Assembly: GCA_027118455.1 (NCBI GenBank)
Contig: JAJAYZ010000038.1
Coordinates: forward strand, 4,422 to 68,421
From: Actinomycetes bacterium
GTDB taxonomy: Bacteria; Actinomycetota; Actinomycetes; JAHEKZ01
DNA length: 64,000 nt
Reading direction: 5' to 3'
Part shown: positions 18,280 through 28,031 of the stretch, piece after piece
How the letters are laid out: every line of letters starts with the position of its first letter
Position numbering within the stretch: the stretch's first letter is position 1
Program-made: the position numbers and the translations under genes
The notes under the pieces: model-generated
The model's input: the letters and a program-made list of their open reading frames with translations, nothing else
Databases searched by the model: none
What the model was told of the DNA's origin: nothing

Positions 18280-20268
18280 GTGTCCTACCTCACCATCATC
18301 GTTGCTGGAGCTGAGCAGCAGGTGGCGCCGGGCACCACGTCAGCGGATCTGTTCGCTGACGATCGGTCGGTCGTTGTGGCCAGGGTCAACGCACAGCTTC
18401 GGGACCTCGCGCATGGCCTGGAGTCAGGTGATCAGGTTGACCCGGTCACGATCGAGTCCGAGGACGGGCTCGCCGTACTCCGCCACTCGTGTGCACATGT
18501 GTTGGCCCAGGCCGTGCAGGACACGTTCGTTGACGCCAAGCTGGGCATCGGCCCCCCGATCAAGGACGGCTTCTATTACGACTTCGATGTCGAGACTCCC
18601 TTCACTCCCGATGACGTCAAGCGTCTCGAAAAACGCATGCAGCAGATCGTCAAGTCGGGCCAGCGTTTCGGTCGGCGGGTGGTCTCCGAGAGCGAGGCAC
18701 GCGCCGAGCTCGCCGGTGAGCCGTACAAGCTCGAGCTGATCGGCCTCAAGGGTGGCGCTGTCGACGATGACGTCATGGAGGTCGGCGGTGCCGAGCTCAG
18801 CATCTACGAGAACGTCGATGCCAAGACCGGCGAACGAAAGTGGCAGGACCTGTGTCGCGGACCGCACCTACCGTCGACTCGGCTCATTCCAGCGTTCAAG
18901 CTGATGCGGTCGGCTGCCGCGTACTGGCGTGGCAGTGAGAAGAACGCGCAGCTCCAGCGTATATACGGCACCGCGTGGCCGACCAAGGATGCGCTTGCTC
19001 AGCACTTGAGTTTTCTTGAGGAGGCTGAGCGACGCGACCATCGGCGGCTCGGGGCCGAGCTCGACCTCTTCTCCTTCCCTGACGAAATTGGTTCGGGGCT
19101 CGCGGTCTTCCATCCCAAGGGGGGGACCGTGCGCAGGGTGATGGAGGACTACTCCCGGCGCCGCCACGAAGAGTCCGGCTATGAGTTCGTCTACTCACCG
19201 CACATCACCAAACAGGCGCTGTTCGAGACCTCGGGGCACCTCGACTGGTATGCCGACGGGATGTACCCGCCCATGCACCTGGACGCGGAGTACGACGACG
19301 ACGGCACCGTGCGTCGTCCTGGGCAGAACTACTACCTGAAGCCGATGAACTGCCCTTTCCACAACTTGATCTATCGGTCGCGCGGGCGTTCCTATCGCGA
19401 GCTGCCGCTCCGCCTCTTCGAGTTCGGGTCTGTCTACCGCTACGAAAAGTCGGGTGTCGTGCATGGCTTGACCCGCGTCCGAGGGATGACTCAGGACGAC
19501 GCACACATCTACTGCACCAAGGAGCAGATGCCCGCTGAGCTCGATAGCCTGCTCACCTTTGTTCTCGAGCTGCTCCGCGACTACGGGCTCGACGACTTCT
19601 ATCTCGAGCTCTCGACGCGTAACGACGAGAAGTACGTCGGCGAAGATGCAGAGTGGGCCGAAGCGACCGAGACCCTGCGGCTGGCCGCGCAGAAGCAGAA
19701 CCTCGACCTGGTCATGGACGAGGGGGGCGCAGCCTTCTACGGTCCGAAGATCTCCGTTCAGACCAAGGACGCCATCGGCCGAACCTGGCAGATGTCGACG
19801 ATCCAGGTCGATTTCCAGCTGCCGCAGCGGTTCGACCTGGAGTACCAGGCCGCCGACGGCATCAGGCAACGCCCTGTCATGATCCACCGCGCACTCTTCG
19901 GCTCGATCGAGCGCTTCTTCGGCGTCCTGTTGGAGCACTACGCCGGGGCTTTCCCGGCGTGGCTGTCGCCGGTGCAAGTGGTCGGAATCCCGATCTCGGA
20001 CTCCCATGTCGATTACCTCCAGGGCGTTGCCGAACGACTGCGCGCCGAGGGCATCCGAGTCGAGGTCGACGCCTCCGACGACCGCATGCAGAAGAAGATC
20101 CGCACCGCGCAGAAGCAAAAGATTCCGTTCATGCTTCTCGCCGGGGATGAGGACGTCAGCAAGGACGCGGTGTCCTTCCGTTTCCGGGACGGCACCCAAG
20201 AGAACGGCATCCCCGTCGCTGACGCAGTCGCCCGCATCGTCTCCGACGTCGCCGAACGCCGGGCGTAG
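18280..20268 (+). CDS. thrS: Threonine--tRNA ligase
   Basis: 662 aa with the N-terminal TGS/editing region and class II core ([32 protein letters not shown]). Unambiguous. Confidence 0.97.
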   Translation: MSYLTIIVAGAEQQVAPGTTSADLFADDRSVVVARVNAQLRDLAHGLESGDQVDPVTIESEDGLAVLRHSCAHVLAQAVQDTFVDAKLGIGPPIKDGFYYDFDVETPFTPDDVKRLEKRMQQIVKSGQRFGRRVVSESEARAELAGEPYKLELIGLKGGAVDDDVMEVGGAELSIYENVDAKTGERKWQDLCRGPHLPSTRLIPAFKLMRSAAAYWRGSEKNAQLQRIYGTAWPTKDALAQHLSFLEEAERRDHRRLGAELDLFSFPDEIGSGLAVFHPKGGTVRRVMEDYSRRRHEESGYEFVYSPHITKQALFETSGHLDWYADGMYPPMHLDAEYDDDGTVRRPGQNYYLKPMNCPFHNLIYRSRGRSYRELPLRLFEFGSVYRYEKSGVVHGLTRVRGMTQDDAHIYCTKEQMPAELDSLLTFVLELLRDYGLDDFYLELSTRNDEKYVGEDAEWAEATETLRLAAQKQNLDLVMDEGGAAFYGPKISVQTKDAIGRTWQMSTIQVDFQLPQRFDLEYQAADGIRQRPVMIHRALFGSIERFFGVLLEHYAGAFPAWLSPVQVVGIPISDSHVDYLQGVAERLRAEGIRVEVDASDDRMQKKIRTAQKQKIPFMLLAGDEDVSKDAVSFRFRDGTQENGIPVADAVARIVSDVAERRA

Positions 20269-20279
20269 GACGTACGGCT

Positions 20280-20822
20280 ATGGCGTCCGACCCAGACGGA
20301 ATCCAACGACTATGGGCTCCGGATCGGCTTGCCTATATCCAGGGTGAGAACCGTCCGGATTCTTCTGAAGCCGGCGCCGGCTGTCCCTTCTGCCGGGCCC
20401 CAGGTGAGCCCGACGATGTGTCGCTGGTGGTGGCTCGTGGCGAACACGCCTATGTCGTGTTGAACCTCTATCCGTACAACTCGGGCCACGCGTTGATCTG
20501 CACCTACCGACACGTCGCCGGGTATGTCGACGTCAGTACGGAGGAGGCTCACGAGATTGCCGACCTCACTCAGCAGACCATCGCTTCCCTGCAGACTGCG
20601 ATGGGGCCGCAGGGCTTCAACCTCGGGATGAACCAGGGTTCGGTCGGCGGCGCCGGCATCGCCGCCCACCTGCACCAGCACGTCGTGCCACGGTGGGGTG
20701 GTGACACCAACTTCATGCCGGTCGTAGCCCAGACGAAGGTGATGCCGCAGTCGCTGCACGACACCCGTGATGCACTGCGCGCGGTGTGGCCGGGAGAGCG
20801 GCCTACGCCGTCTTCCGGTTGA
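20280..20822 (+). CDS. HIT-family protein (Ap4A phosphorylase-like, Rv2613c-type)
   Basis: Histidine triad AAHLHQHVVPR and CPFC Zn-ribbon-like N-terminus. It sits directly after thrS, as in mycobacteria. Confidence 0.8.
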   Translation: MASDPDGIQRLWAPDRLAYIQGENRPDSSEAGAGCPFCRAPGEPDDVSLVVARGEHAYVVLNLYPYNSGHALICTYRHVAGYVDVSTEEAHEIADLTQQTIASLQTAMGPQGFNLGMNQGSVGGAGIAAHLHQHVVPRWGGDTNFMPVVAQTKVMPQSLHDTRDALRAVWPGERPTPSSG

Positions 20823-21696
20823 GGATTCGCTCGAGCGGCAGGAAGGCCGCCAGGCATACTACGTGCGGCATGAAGATGATCCGGATCATCAGGAACGTCA
20901 CCACGTGGAACGAAACGAGGAAGGCCACCGCATACTGCTGGAACTTTTGGCGCATGAAGAGTAGGGCAGGGGATGCGAACTCAAGGGTGAGGATGAACCA
21001 CTGCGATAGCTGCAAGGTCCAGGGCAGTTGCAGGAGCGGGTCAGCCAACATCGTTCCGCGGCGGATCACTGCGCGGGCGATGGTGGTGGAGTTGGCCCAC
21101 GCCCAGCCTCCGTAGCGCACCTTGGCGATCGCGGCCAGGAAGTAGGTCGCTACGACCCCGACCTGCACCATCCGCAGGGCCCAACCGGCGGACGGCGATG
21201 GCGCCATGTCACGCAGTGCCGCACGTCCGGCTGTCGGGAGAACGGCCAGCGCGACCAGGAAGGCGAATCGGTCGTGGTCGACCTTCCCGTACGAGAAGCT
21301 CACCAGCATCCACTCCAGATAGAGCAGGAAGATGCCGGCCCCCAGCCAGGTCTGAACCCGGGGTGCGCGGTTCATGGCGATGAGGACCACTATCGCCGCC
21401 GAGAGTCCGACAGCTCCGTACTGCACCAAGTGGACGAGTGTCGGTGTCGGCGTCGGAAGCGGGAGGACCCGGCCGATCAGGAGTGGTCGGTAGAGGTCGG
21501 CGTCAACGTAGCCGTGTGCGGCGCCCCACGGCCGCAGGACGAGCACGTCCAACGGTAGGAATGCATAGATCAGCACGCGAAACGCAGCGATCCTCGCGCG
21601 GGGGACGGGCGTGAACCACCAGCGGCTCAGCGCGGCGGCAACCCTTGTTCCGGTACCCACCCTGGGCGCCGGCTCAGCTTCAGTGGTCGCGCTCAT
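20803..21696 (-). CDS. Polytopic membrane protein, HTTM-domain-like
   Basis: 297 aa with about 8 TM helices. The N-terminal WWFTPVPRARIAAFRVLIYAFLPLDVLV resembles the HTTM opening motif. Its start overlaps the stop of the upstream small gene. Confidence 0.45.
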   Translation of the reverse strand: MSATTEAEPAPRVGTGTRVAAALSRWWFTPVPRARIAAFRVLIYAFLPLDVLVLRPWGAAHGYVDADLYRPLLIGRVLPLPTPTPTLVHLVQYGAVGLSAAIVVLIAMNRAPRVQTWLGAGIFLLYLEWMLVSFSYGKVDHDRFAFLVALAVLPTAGRAALRDMAPSPSAGWALRMVQVGVVATYFLAAIAKVRYGGWAWANSTTIARAVIRRGTMLADPLLQLPWTLQLSQWFILTLEFASPALLFMRQKFQQYAVAFLVSFHVVTFLMIRIIFMPHVVCLAAFLPLERILNRKTA

Positions 21697-22196
21697 CAGC
21701 CAGTCTCAGCATCGTCGGGTGCGGTACTCCACTGCGCCAGTACTGTCTCGACGACCTCGCCGGTCGGCACCTTGTCGACGACCTCTGTTGCCTGGCGGAC
21801 GATGCGCAAGTCGGTCCAGGCAGGCTCGTCGGGATGCAGAGCCGAGCGGCTTGCGGCCACCGCTGCGAGAAGATCGGGATCCTCCTCGAACCGGGGAAGC
21901 TGGCCTTCGAACTCGGCGACGTTCATACCGACAGTTCCCGGCGATGGCCGCACCAGTGTCCAGTCGCTGCCCTCGGACTTGATTTGAAGAGCGACAACGG
22001 CGACTTCGCCGGTGGCCTGACTGCTGGTGGCGTACATCCGGAACGGGCCGAAGGGAAAGTGGTCGTCGCTTCCGAGAAAGGCCCCCACCGTCAGCACCCC
22101 GAAGACGGCGGCGGCCGCTACCAGCCGCCACCACCGGCCGGAGCTGGTGATCTCCGAGGCCGGATCGGTCGATGGGCTCGGAGTCGCTGACGTCAC
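21696..22196 (-). CDS. Hypothetical membrane-anchored protein (one N-terminal TM, extracytoplasmic domain)
   Basis: 166 aa. TM RWWRLVAAAAVFGVLTVGAFLG. It sits between the EF-G-like and HTTM-like genes with 20-nt and 1-nt junctions, so it is likely co-transcribed. Confidence 0.4.
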   Translation of the reverse strand: MTSATPSPSTDPASEITSSGRWWRLVAAAAVFGVLTVGAFLGSDDHFPFGPFRMYATSSQATGEVAVVALQIKSEGSDWTLVRPSPGTVGMNVAEFEGQLPRFEEDPDLLAAVAASRSALHPDEPAWTDLRIVRQATEVVDKVPTGEVVETVLAQWSTAPDDAETG

Positions 22197-22216
22197 CGCT
22201 GGAGCCTAGGACAGCG

Positions 22217-24409
22217 CTACGAGTGGGCTGACTCGGCCAGCACCTTGGCCGACACCTGCGGTGGCATCGGGTCGTGACGGGCATACCGGCGGGTGAAGGT
22301 GCCTGTTCCGTGCGACATCGAGCGCAGGTCAATGGCGTACCTGACGATCTCTAGCTGCGGCACCTCGGCGCGAACCAAGGTGCGCCCTTGGTCGCCGCTG
22401 CCGGCACCGAGCGGCTCGGTGCCGACGACGTGTCCGCGGCGCGCGGAGAGGTCGCCCATCACGGCGCCGACGTAGTTGTCGTCGACGAGCACCGATACTT
22501 GATCAACTGGCTCCAGGAGCAGCACCTGAGACTGCTCGGCTGCATCGCGCAGTGCGTGACCGCCGGCCATCTGAAAGGCCATGTCCGATGAGTCGACCGA
22601 GTGCGCCTTGCCGTCAACCAGAGTGACGCGGATGTCAACCATCGGGTAGCCGGCACCGACCCCCTTTTCCATCTGTGCCAGCACCCCCTTCTCGACACTG
22701 GGGATAAACTGGCGCGGCACCGAACCGCCGACCACCTTGTCGACGAACTCAAGGCCGCTCCCCTGGGGCGTCGGTTCGACCTCGATGGTGCAGATCGCGA
22801 ACTGGCCATGACCACCGGACTGTTTGACATGGCGCCCATGCCCCTTGGAGGCACCGGCAAAGGTCTCACGCAAAGCAACGCGGAGCGGCACGGTGTCGAC
22901 AGAGACGCCATGGCGGCTGGAGAGGCGGTCCAGGAGGACGTCGACGTGCGCCTCGCCCATGGTCCAGAGAACGACCTGTCCGGTTTCGGGGCTGTGCTCA
23001 AGGCGCATCGTGGGATCCTCGGCAACGAGCCGGGCCAGGCTCTGCAAGAGCTTGTCCTCGTCGGCCTTGCTCCGCGCCACGATCGCAACCGGCAGCAGGG
23101 GTTCAGGCATCTCCCACGCCTGCATCAGCAGGGGGCGTTCCGTGTCAGAGAGAGTATCTCCGGTCTCGGCGTTGGCGAGCTTGGCCACCGCACAAACGTC
23201 GCCGGCCACTGCCTTGGCCAGGCCCCGCTGCGTCTTTCCGAGTGGGGAAGAGAGCGCTCCGACTTTCTCATCGAGGTCATGGTCGTCGTGGCCGCGCTCG
23301 GCCAGCCCGTGACCTGAGACGTGGACCACCATGTCGGGGCGCAAAGTTCCGGAGAAGACCCGCACCAACGAGATCCGGCCGACGTATGGGTCGCTGACGG
23401 TCTTGACGACCTCGGCGACCAGCGGGCCAGCCGGATCGGCGGTCAGCGGTCCTTGTGGTGAACCGTCCGGCGTGGTCACGGGCGGAACTGAGTGCTCCAG
23501 GGGACTGGGGAAACCACGGGTCATCACCTCGAGCAGCTCGACCAACCCCATTCCGGTGGACGCCGCAACGGGCACGACCGGGTAGAAGGAGCCGCGGGCG
23601 ACCGCCTTCTCCAGGTCTTCGATGAGCGTCTCGAGGTCGATCTCCTTTCCGGCAAGGTAGCGGTCCATCAGGGTCTCGTCCTCGCTTTCGGCGATGATCG
23701 CCTCCAGCAGTACGGCTCGGGACGGTTCGATCATCTCGACGTGCTGCGGCTCTGGGTCACGCTCAATCCGCGTGCCCGAGGTGTAGTCGTCGACTCGTTG
23801 TGACAGCAGCGCGATGAGGCCGCCAACGGAGTCGTCGTCGGCCAGCATCGGCAGGTAGAGCGGCAGGACGCCGTCACCGAATGCGCTCTGGGCGGCGAAC
23901 AGTGCCTCGTCATAGTCGGCTCGTGGCGCGTCGAGCTTGGTAACGACGACGGCTCGTGGCATGCCGACAGCTGCGCACTCTTCCCACAGCAGTCGTGTCA
24001 TTCCGTCGACGCCGTCGGTAGCGGCGATCACGAACAGAGCAGCATCTGCAGCGCGCAGTCCTGCGCGCAGGTCCCCGACGAAGTCGGGGTAGCCGGGGGT
24101 GTCGAGGAGGTTGACCTTGATGCCGTCGTGCTCGAGCGGAGCCAGGCTGAGCGAGATACTGCGTTGCTGGCGGTGCTCTGCCTCGTCGAAGTCAGAAACG
24201 GTGGTGCCGTCCTCGACGCTTCCAGCGCGCGAGATGGCCCCCGTGCTGGCCAGCAACGCCTCGACCAGAGTGGTCTTGCCGGCCCCGCTGTGCCCGACGA
24301 GTACGACGTTCCGGATCGTGCCTGGGTTGCTGACCGCTGGCGTTGCACTGCCGGCACCACCCCCTGTTCGGCCACCAGTGCCGCCGGCGCTGCCTCCCTT
24401 GTCTGCCAT
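22217..24409 (-). CDS. Elongation factor G-like GTPase (EF-G paralogue)
   Basis: G1 VGHSGAGKTT, G3 DTPGYPDF and G4 TKLD are present, with full-length EF-G domains II-V. The ORF track extends to 24553, but the extra N-terminus is encoded by a tandem decamer repeat. ATG at 24409 has a GGGAGAGG RBS and is preferred. Confidence 0.85.
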   Translation of the reverse strand: MADKGGSAGGTGGRTGGGAGSATPAVSNPGTIRNVVLVGHSGAGKTTLVEALLASTGAISRAGSVEDGTTVSDFDEAEHRQQRSISLSLAPLEHDGIKVNLLDTPGYPDFVGDLRAGLRAADAALFVIAATDGVDGMTRLLWEECAAVGMPRAVVVTKLDAPRADYDEALFAAQSAFGDGVLPLYLPMLADDDSVGGLIALLSQRVDDYTSGTRIERDPEPQHVEMIEPSRAVLLEAIIAESEDETLMDRYLAGKEIDLETLIEDLEKAVARGSFYPVVPVAASTGMGLVELLEVMTRGFPSPLEHSVPPVTTPDGSPQGPLTADPAGPLVAEVVKTVSDPYVGRISLVRVFSGTLRPDMVVHVSGHGLAERGHDDHDLDEKVGALSSPLGKTQRGLAKAVAGDVCAVAKLANAETGDTLSDTERPLLMQAWEMPEPLLPVAIVARSKADEDKLLQSLARLVAEDPTMRLEHSPETGQVVLWTMGEAHVDVLLDRLSSRHGVSVDTVPLRVALRETFAGASKGHGRHVKQSGGHGQFAICTIEVEPTPQGSGLEFVDKVVGGSVPRQFIPSVEKGVLAQMEKGVGAGYPMVDIRVTLVDGKAHSVDSSDMAFQMAGGHALRDAAEQSQVLLLEPVDQVSVLVDDNYVGAVMGDLSARRGHVVGTEPLGAGSGDQGRTLVRAEVPQLEIVRYAIDLRSMSHGTGTFTRRYARHDPMPPQVSAKVLAESAHS

Positions 24410-24506
24410 GGTCTGAACCTCTCCCGGGTCGCCGTCTCGTGAACGCCCCCACCCTGCTCGCCCCGGTCGACATGGGCAAGTGACCAGTGGTCTCGATCGA
24501 AGGGGC

Positions 24507-24542
24507 GTGCCGTGCCGTGCTGTGCCGTGCTGTGCCGTGCTG
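24507..24542. repeat. Tandem decamer repeat (about 3.5 x TGTGCCGTGC) in the divergent EF-G-like / pgsA intergenic region
   Basis: Seen directly: cgtgccgtgc tgtgccgtgc tgtgccgtgc tgg. Confidence 0.6.
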
Positions 24543-24622
24543 GCGCTCGTCATCGCTAGGCTCGCTATGCGGAGGGTGCTCGGTACCGTGTGCCAGTCAT
24601 GACCTAAAGGCGGGAGCTCGAG

Positions 24623-25237
24623 GTGGGTGGGTTCACCGATGTGGGCCGAGGCGTGGCGCGCAAGGTATTCACACCGGTGGCTGGGCTGCTGCTGAAGCTG
24701 AAGGTGAGTCCGGATGCGGTGACGGTCATCGGCACCGTCGGCACGTCTGCAGCCGCCCTCTACTTCTTCCCCCGCGGTGACTTCCTCGTGGGAACTCTCG
24801 TCATTGGTCTCTTTGTATTCTCCGACTCCCTCGACGGCACCATGGCGCGACTGGCTGGGCGTCCATCGGCGTGGGGAGCTTTCCTCGACTCCACCCTCGA
24901 CCGGGTGGCCGATGCTTCGATCTTCTGTGGCATCGCCCTCTGGTTCGCGGGGGACGGTGCCGACCCGGCCATGGCGGCGGTGACCTTGGCCGGCCTGGTG
25001 GGGGGGCTGATGGTCTCCTACGCCCGAGCTCGCGCGGAGGGTCTAGGTGCCGACGGCAGCACCGGGATCGCCGAGCGGACCGAGCGACTGGTCCTTGTTC
25101 TGGCATCGGCGTTCTTGGCCGGATTGTTTGACCTGCCCGAGATCCTCAACGCGGGCCTCTGGGCGGTTGCCGGTCTTGCATGGATCACCGTCGTTCAGCG
25201 GATCTGGTCGGTCCGCGCACAGCTGTTGCCCAGGTAG
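24623..25237 (+). CDS. pgsA: CDP-alcohol phosphatidyltransferase, phosphatidylinositol-phosphate synthase type
   Basis: CDP-OH_P_transf motif DSLDGTMARLAGRPSAWGAFLDSTLDRVAD. It is a membrane protein. The pgsA - acyltransferase - pimA order is the conserved actinobacterial PIM operon. Confidence 0.88.
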   Translation: MGGFTDVGRGVARKVFTPVAGLLLKLKVSPDAVTVIGTVGTSAAALYFFPRGDFLVGTLVIGLFVFSDSLDGTMARLAGRPSAWGAFLDSTLDRVADASIFCGIALWFAGDGADPAMAAVTLAGLVGGLMVSYARARAEGLGADGSTGIAERTERLVLVLASAFLAGLFDLPEILNAGLWAVAGLAWITVVQRIWSVRAQLLPR

Positions 25238-25240
25238 CCC

Positions 25241-26197
25241 GTGGCATCGCTTGCTGGAATGACCGGCCCGCTGCGGGGCGCTCGCGATCGCGTGGGTGCA
25301 GCCGTGACGTCCTCGGCGGCCACCATCGGATACGGCGCAGGTTGGGGGCTGTCTCAGCGACTACCCGAGCCCTGGTTGACCAAGGCATTCGACGCGATGG
25401 CCGTCCGGGCGGCACGCCGGGACGGGCGTGCGGTCCGGCAGCTGCGGGCGAATCTGGCGCGGGCCCGCCCCGACATCGGTGACGACGAGCTCGACGAACT
25501 GACCCGTGAAGGCATGCGCTCCTACCTCCGGTACTGGCGGGAAGCCTTTCGGCTGCCGCAGTGGTCGCGAGAGGAGATTCGAGCCCGCCTGGTTGCCAGC
25601 AACCCTGAGCGGCTGCTCGACCCGCTGGCGTCCGGCCAAGGCGTGGTCGCGGTGCTGGGGCACTTCGGCAACTGGGACCATGCCGGTGCCTGGGTCACCA
25701 CCCAGGGGGTGCCGTTCACGACCGTCGCTGAACGACTGCGGCCGGAGTCGCTCTACGACCGGTTCGTGGCCTATCGCGAGTCACTCGGGATGGAGGTCGT
25801 ACCGCTGACCGGTGGTCAGGACGTCGCCGGCGTCCTGCAGGAGCGCCTGCACGCTGGCGGACTAGTGGCGCTACTCGCTGACCGCGATCTCGGAGAAGCT
25901 GGCATGGACGTCGACCTGCTGGGTGAGCCGGCTCGGCTGCCGGCCGGCCCAGCGCTGCTGGCATTGCGGACGGGGGCGGTCCTGCTCCCGGTTCTCTCCT
26001 CGTACGACAGCACCCACACCAGGCTGGACTTCCTACCGCCGCTCACCACATCGGCACCCCGAGTGCGCGACGGGGTCAAGGACCTCACCCAGCAGTGGGC
26101 CACCATCGTTGGGGATGCAGCACGCCACCGCACTCGTGACTGGCACATGCTGCAGCCAGTCTGGAACGCCGACCGCAATGCGGGGGAGTCGCGATGA
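25241..26197 (+). CDS. Phosphatidylinositol mannoside acyltransferase (LPLAT / HtrB-like, Rv2611c-type)
   Basis: HX4D acyltransferase motif in LGHFGNWDHAG. It is positioned between pgsA and pimA. Confidence 0.8.
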   Translation: MASLAGMTGPLRGARDRVGAAVTSSAATIGYGAGWGLSQRLPEPWLTKAFDAMAVRAARRDGRAVRQLRANLARARPDIGDDELDELTREGMRSYLRYWREAFRLPQWSREEIRARLVASNPERLLDPLASGQGVVAVLGHFGNWDHAGAWVTTQGVPFTTVAERLRPESLYDRFVAYRESLGMEVVPLTGGQDVAGVLQERLHAGGLVALLADRDLGEAGMDVDLLGEPARLPAGPALLALRTGAVLLPVLSSYDSTHTRLDFLPPLTTSAPRVRDGVKDLTQQWATIVGDAARHRTRDWHMLQPVWNADRNAGESR

Positions 26198-27459
26198 AGA
26201 TTGGCATTGTCTGCCCCTACGACTGGAACGTGCCAAGCGGTGTGGCGATCCACGTGCATGAACTGGCCGAGGCGCTGATCGACCTCGGTCTCGACGTCAG
26301 CGTTCTTGCGCCAGGGGATGAGTCGGAGGAGATGGCCGATTACGTGACGATCGCCGGACGGTCAATCCCCGTTCCCTACAACGGCTCGGTGGCCCGGGTC
26401 TCGTTCGGACCCCGCTCGGCATCGCGGGTCAGGAAGTGGATTCGCGAAGGAGAGTTCGACGTGTTGCACGTCCACTCTCCGGTGACCCCAAGTCTTGGCA
26501 TGATGGCGTGCTGGTCAGCAATCGGCCCGATCGTGGCGACCTTCCATGCCGCGATCGACGGTCGGTCCCGGATGATGAGTAGTGGGGCATGGATTCTGCA
26601 GGCCACGCTGGAAAAGGTTCGGGCCAGGATTGCGGTCAGCGAAGAGGCCAGGCGCACCGTCGTTCAGCATCTGGGCGGAGACGCCGTACTGGTTCCCAAC
26701 GGGGTAGATGTCGCGCGATTCGCCTCGGCCCCCTCGCGTCCGGAGTGGTCGACCCCGGGCTCCCTTGCCTTTCTCGGCCGGGTCGATGAGGGCCGCAAAG
26801 GCCTCGGCGTGCTCCTGGACGCGCTACCGGCGATCGCCGCTGACCAACCCGAGGTACGGCTCTTGATCGCTGGCCCTGGAGAGACTAATGCTCTGACTGC
26901 TCTTCCGGCCGAGATCAGCCGCCGCATCCACCTGCTGGGGCGCGTGACCGAGCAGGAGAAGGCCGAGCTGCTCTCTTCGGTCGCTCTCTTTGTCGCGCCG
27001 CACATCGGCGGCGAGAGTTTTGGGATCGTGTTGTTGGAGGCGATGGCCGCCGGAAGCCCGGTACTGGCCAGCGACCTGGTGGCCTTCAAGGACGTTCTCG
27101 ACGGCGGCCGCTGCGGTGCCCTATTCGCTGCGGGTGACCCAGCATCCCTGGCGTCGGCGGCGACGGCCCTGCTTGCCGATCCGGGCCGCCGGGCCCAGCT
27201 GGCTGCTGCCGGATCGGAGCGAGCGAGCGAGTACGACTGGGCCCGAGTAGCGAGGCAAGTGGTCGCGGTCTACGAGACCGTCGCAGGTCGCGGCGAGAAG
27301 GTGCAGGAGGACGACCGCCAAGGCCCAGGGATGTTTGCCGGCCGGCTGAGGGGGCGCGGATCCAGTAGCGGGAGTCCCGACGGCGGGAGTCCCGACGGCG
27401 CGAGTCCCGACGGCGCGAGTCCCGACAGCGCTGGCCACGACCCGGGGGAGCAGCGATGA
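26194..27459 (+). CDS. pimA: Phosphatidylinositol alpha-mannosyltransferase (GT4)
   Basis: MKIGIVCPYDWNVPSGVAIHVHELAEAL N-terminus and GT4 C-terminal GGESFGIVLLEAMAAGSPVLASDL. The ATG overlaps the upstream stop. It has an unusual C-terminal SPDG-repeat tail. Confidence 0.85.
   Translation: MKIGIVCPYDWNVPSGVAIHVHELAEALIDLGLDVSVLAPGDESEEMADYVTIAGRSIPVPYNGSVARVSFGPRSASRVRKWIREGEFDVLHVHSPVTPSLGMMACWSAIGPIVATFHAAIDGRSRMMSSGAWILQATLEKVRARIAVSEEARRTVVQHLGGDAVLVPNGVDVARFASAPSRPEWSTPGSLAFLGRVDEGRKGLGVLLDALPAIAADQPEVRLLIAGPGETNALTALPAEISRRIHLLGRVTEQEKAELLSSVALFVAPHIGGESFGIVLLEAMAAGSPVLASDLVAFKDVLDGGRCGALFAAGDPASLASAATALLADPGRRAQLAAAGSERASEYDWARVARQVVAVYETVAGRGEKVQEDDRQGPGMFAGRLRGRGSSSGSPDGGSPDGASPDGASPDSAGHDPGEQR
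27372..27431. repeat. 4 x 15-bp in-frame tandem repeat (GAGTCCCGACGGCGC) encoding (SPDGx)4 at the PimA C-terminus
   Basis: Seen directly in sequence. Confidence 0.8.
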
Positions 27460-28022
27460 GCGGCTGGGAGCTGGTGCTCGTCCTGCTCGTCCTGCCGCTG
27501 CTTTTCCTCGGTCTCTACCTGCGCGGCCTGGTGGCCCGGTTGGATCGCCTCCACCTTCGGGTCGAGGCGACCGAAGCGGTTCTCCAGGCGCGGCTTGAGC
27601 GTCGCGCGGCTCTGACGCGTGAGGTGGCGATCGAGGCCGGTCTCGATCCCGTCAGCGCCGTGCTGCTCATCGACGCCGCTACCGCCGCCCAGCACAGCGA
27701 TCGCGCTGGGGCACCCCGAGTCGCTGCCGAGAGCAACTTAAGTGGCGCCTTGCGAGCGGTGTTCGGCGATCCAGAGACCCTCGAAGAACTCGCGCGAGAT
27801 CCTGCCGATCGACTCCTGCTGACCGAGCTTGCCGAGGTGACCCAGGGCGTCGTCCTAGCGCGAAGATTCGGCAACGATGCAGTCCGGGCTGCCGTGGCGG
27901 TTCGCCGGCGCGGGCTGGTACGGGCGCTGCGGCTGGCCGGCCACGCTCGGTGGCCGCAGAGCCAAGACCTCGACGACGCGCCGCCGGACGCGTTGGCTCA
28001 GTTCGCGCTCCACTCCGCTTAG
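27456..28022 (+). CDS. Hypothetical membrane-anchored protein (N-terminal TM, helical Arg/Ala-rich domain; weakly LemA-like)
   Basis: 188 aa. TM LVLVLLVLPLLFLGLYL. Its start overlaps the pimA stop. Confidence 0.45.
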   Translation: MSGWELVLVLLVLPLLFLGLYLRGLVARLDRLHLRVEATEAVLQARLERRAALTREVAIEAGLDPVSAVLLIDAATAAQHSDRAGAPRVAAESNLSGALRAVFGDPETLEELARDPADRLLLTELAEVTQGVVLARRFGNDAVRAAVAVRRRGLVRALRLAGHARWPQSQDLDDAPPDALAQFALHSA

Positions 28023-28031
28023 CCTGTTGGC

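Noticed and set aside
19195-20199. 334-aa minus-strand ORF
   Set aside because: It lies entirely antisense within thrS. Long antisense ORFs of this kind are expected in 70% GC DNA, and it has no motifs.
24410-24553. N-terminal 48 codons of the ORF-track call for the EF-G-like gene (MTSASTAQHGTARHGT...)
   Set aside because: They are encoded by the tandem decamer repeat and low-complexity sequence. A much better start, ATG with a GGGAGAGG RBS, is at 24409, just before the conserved G domain.
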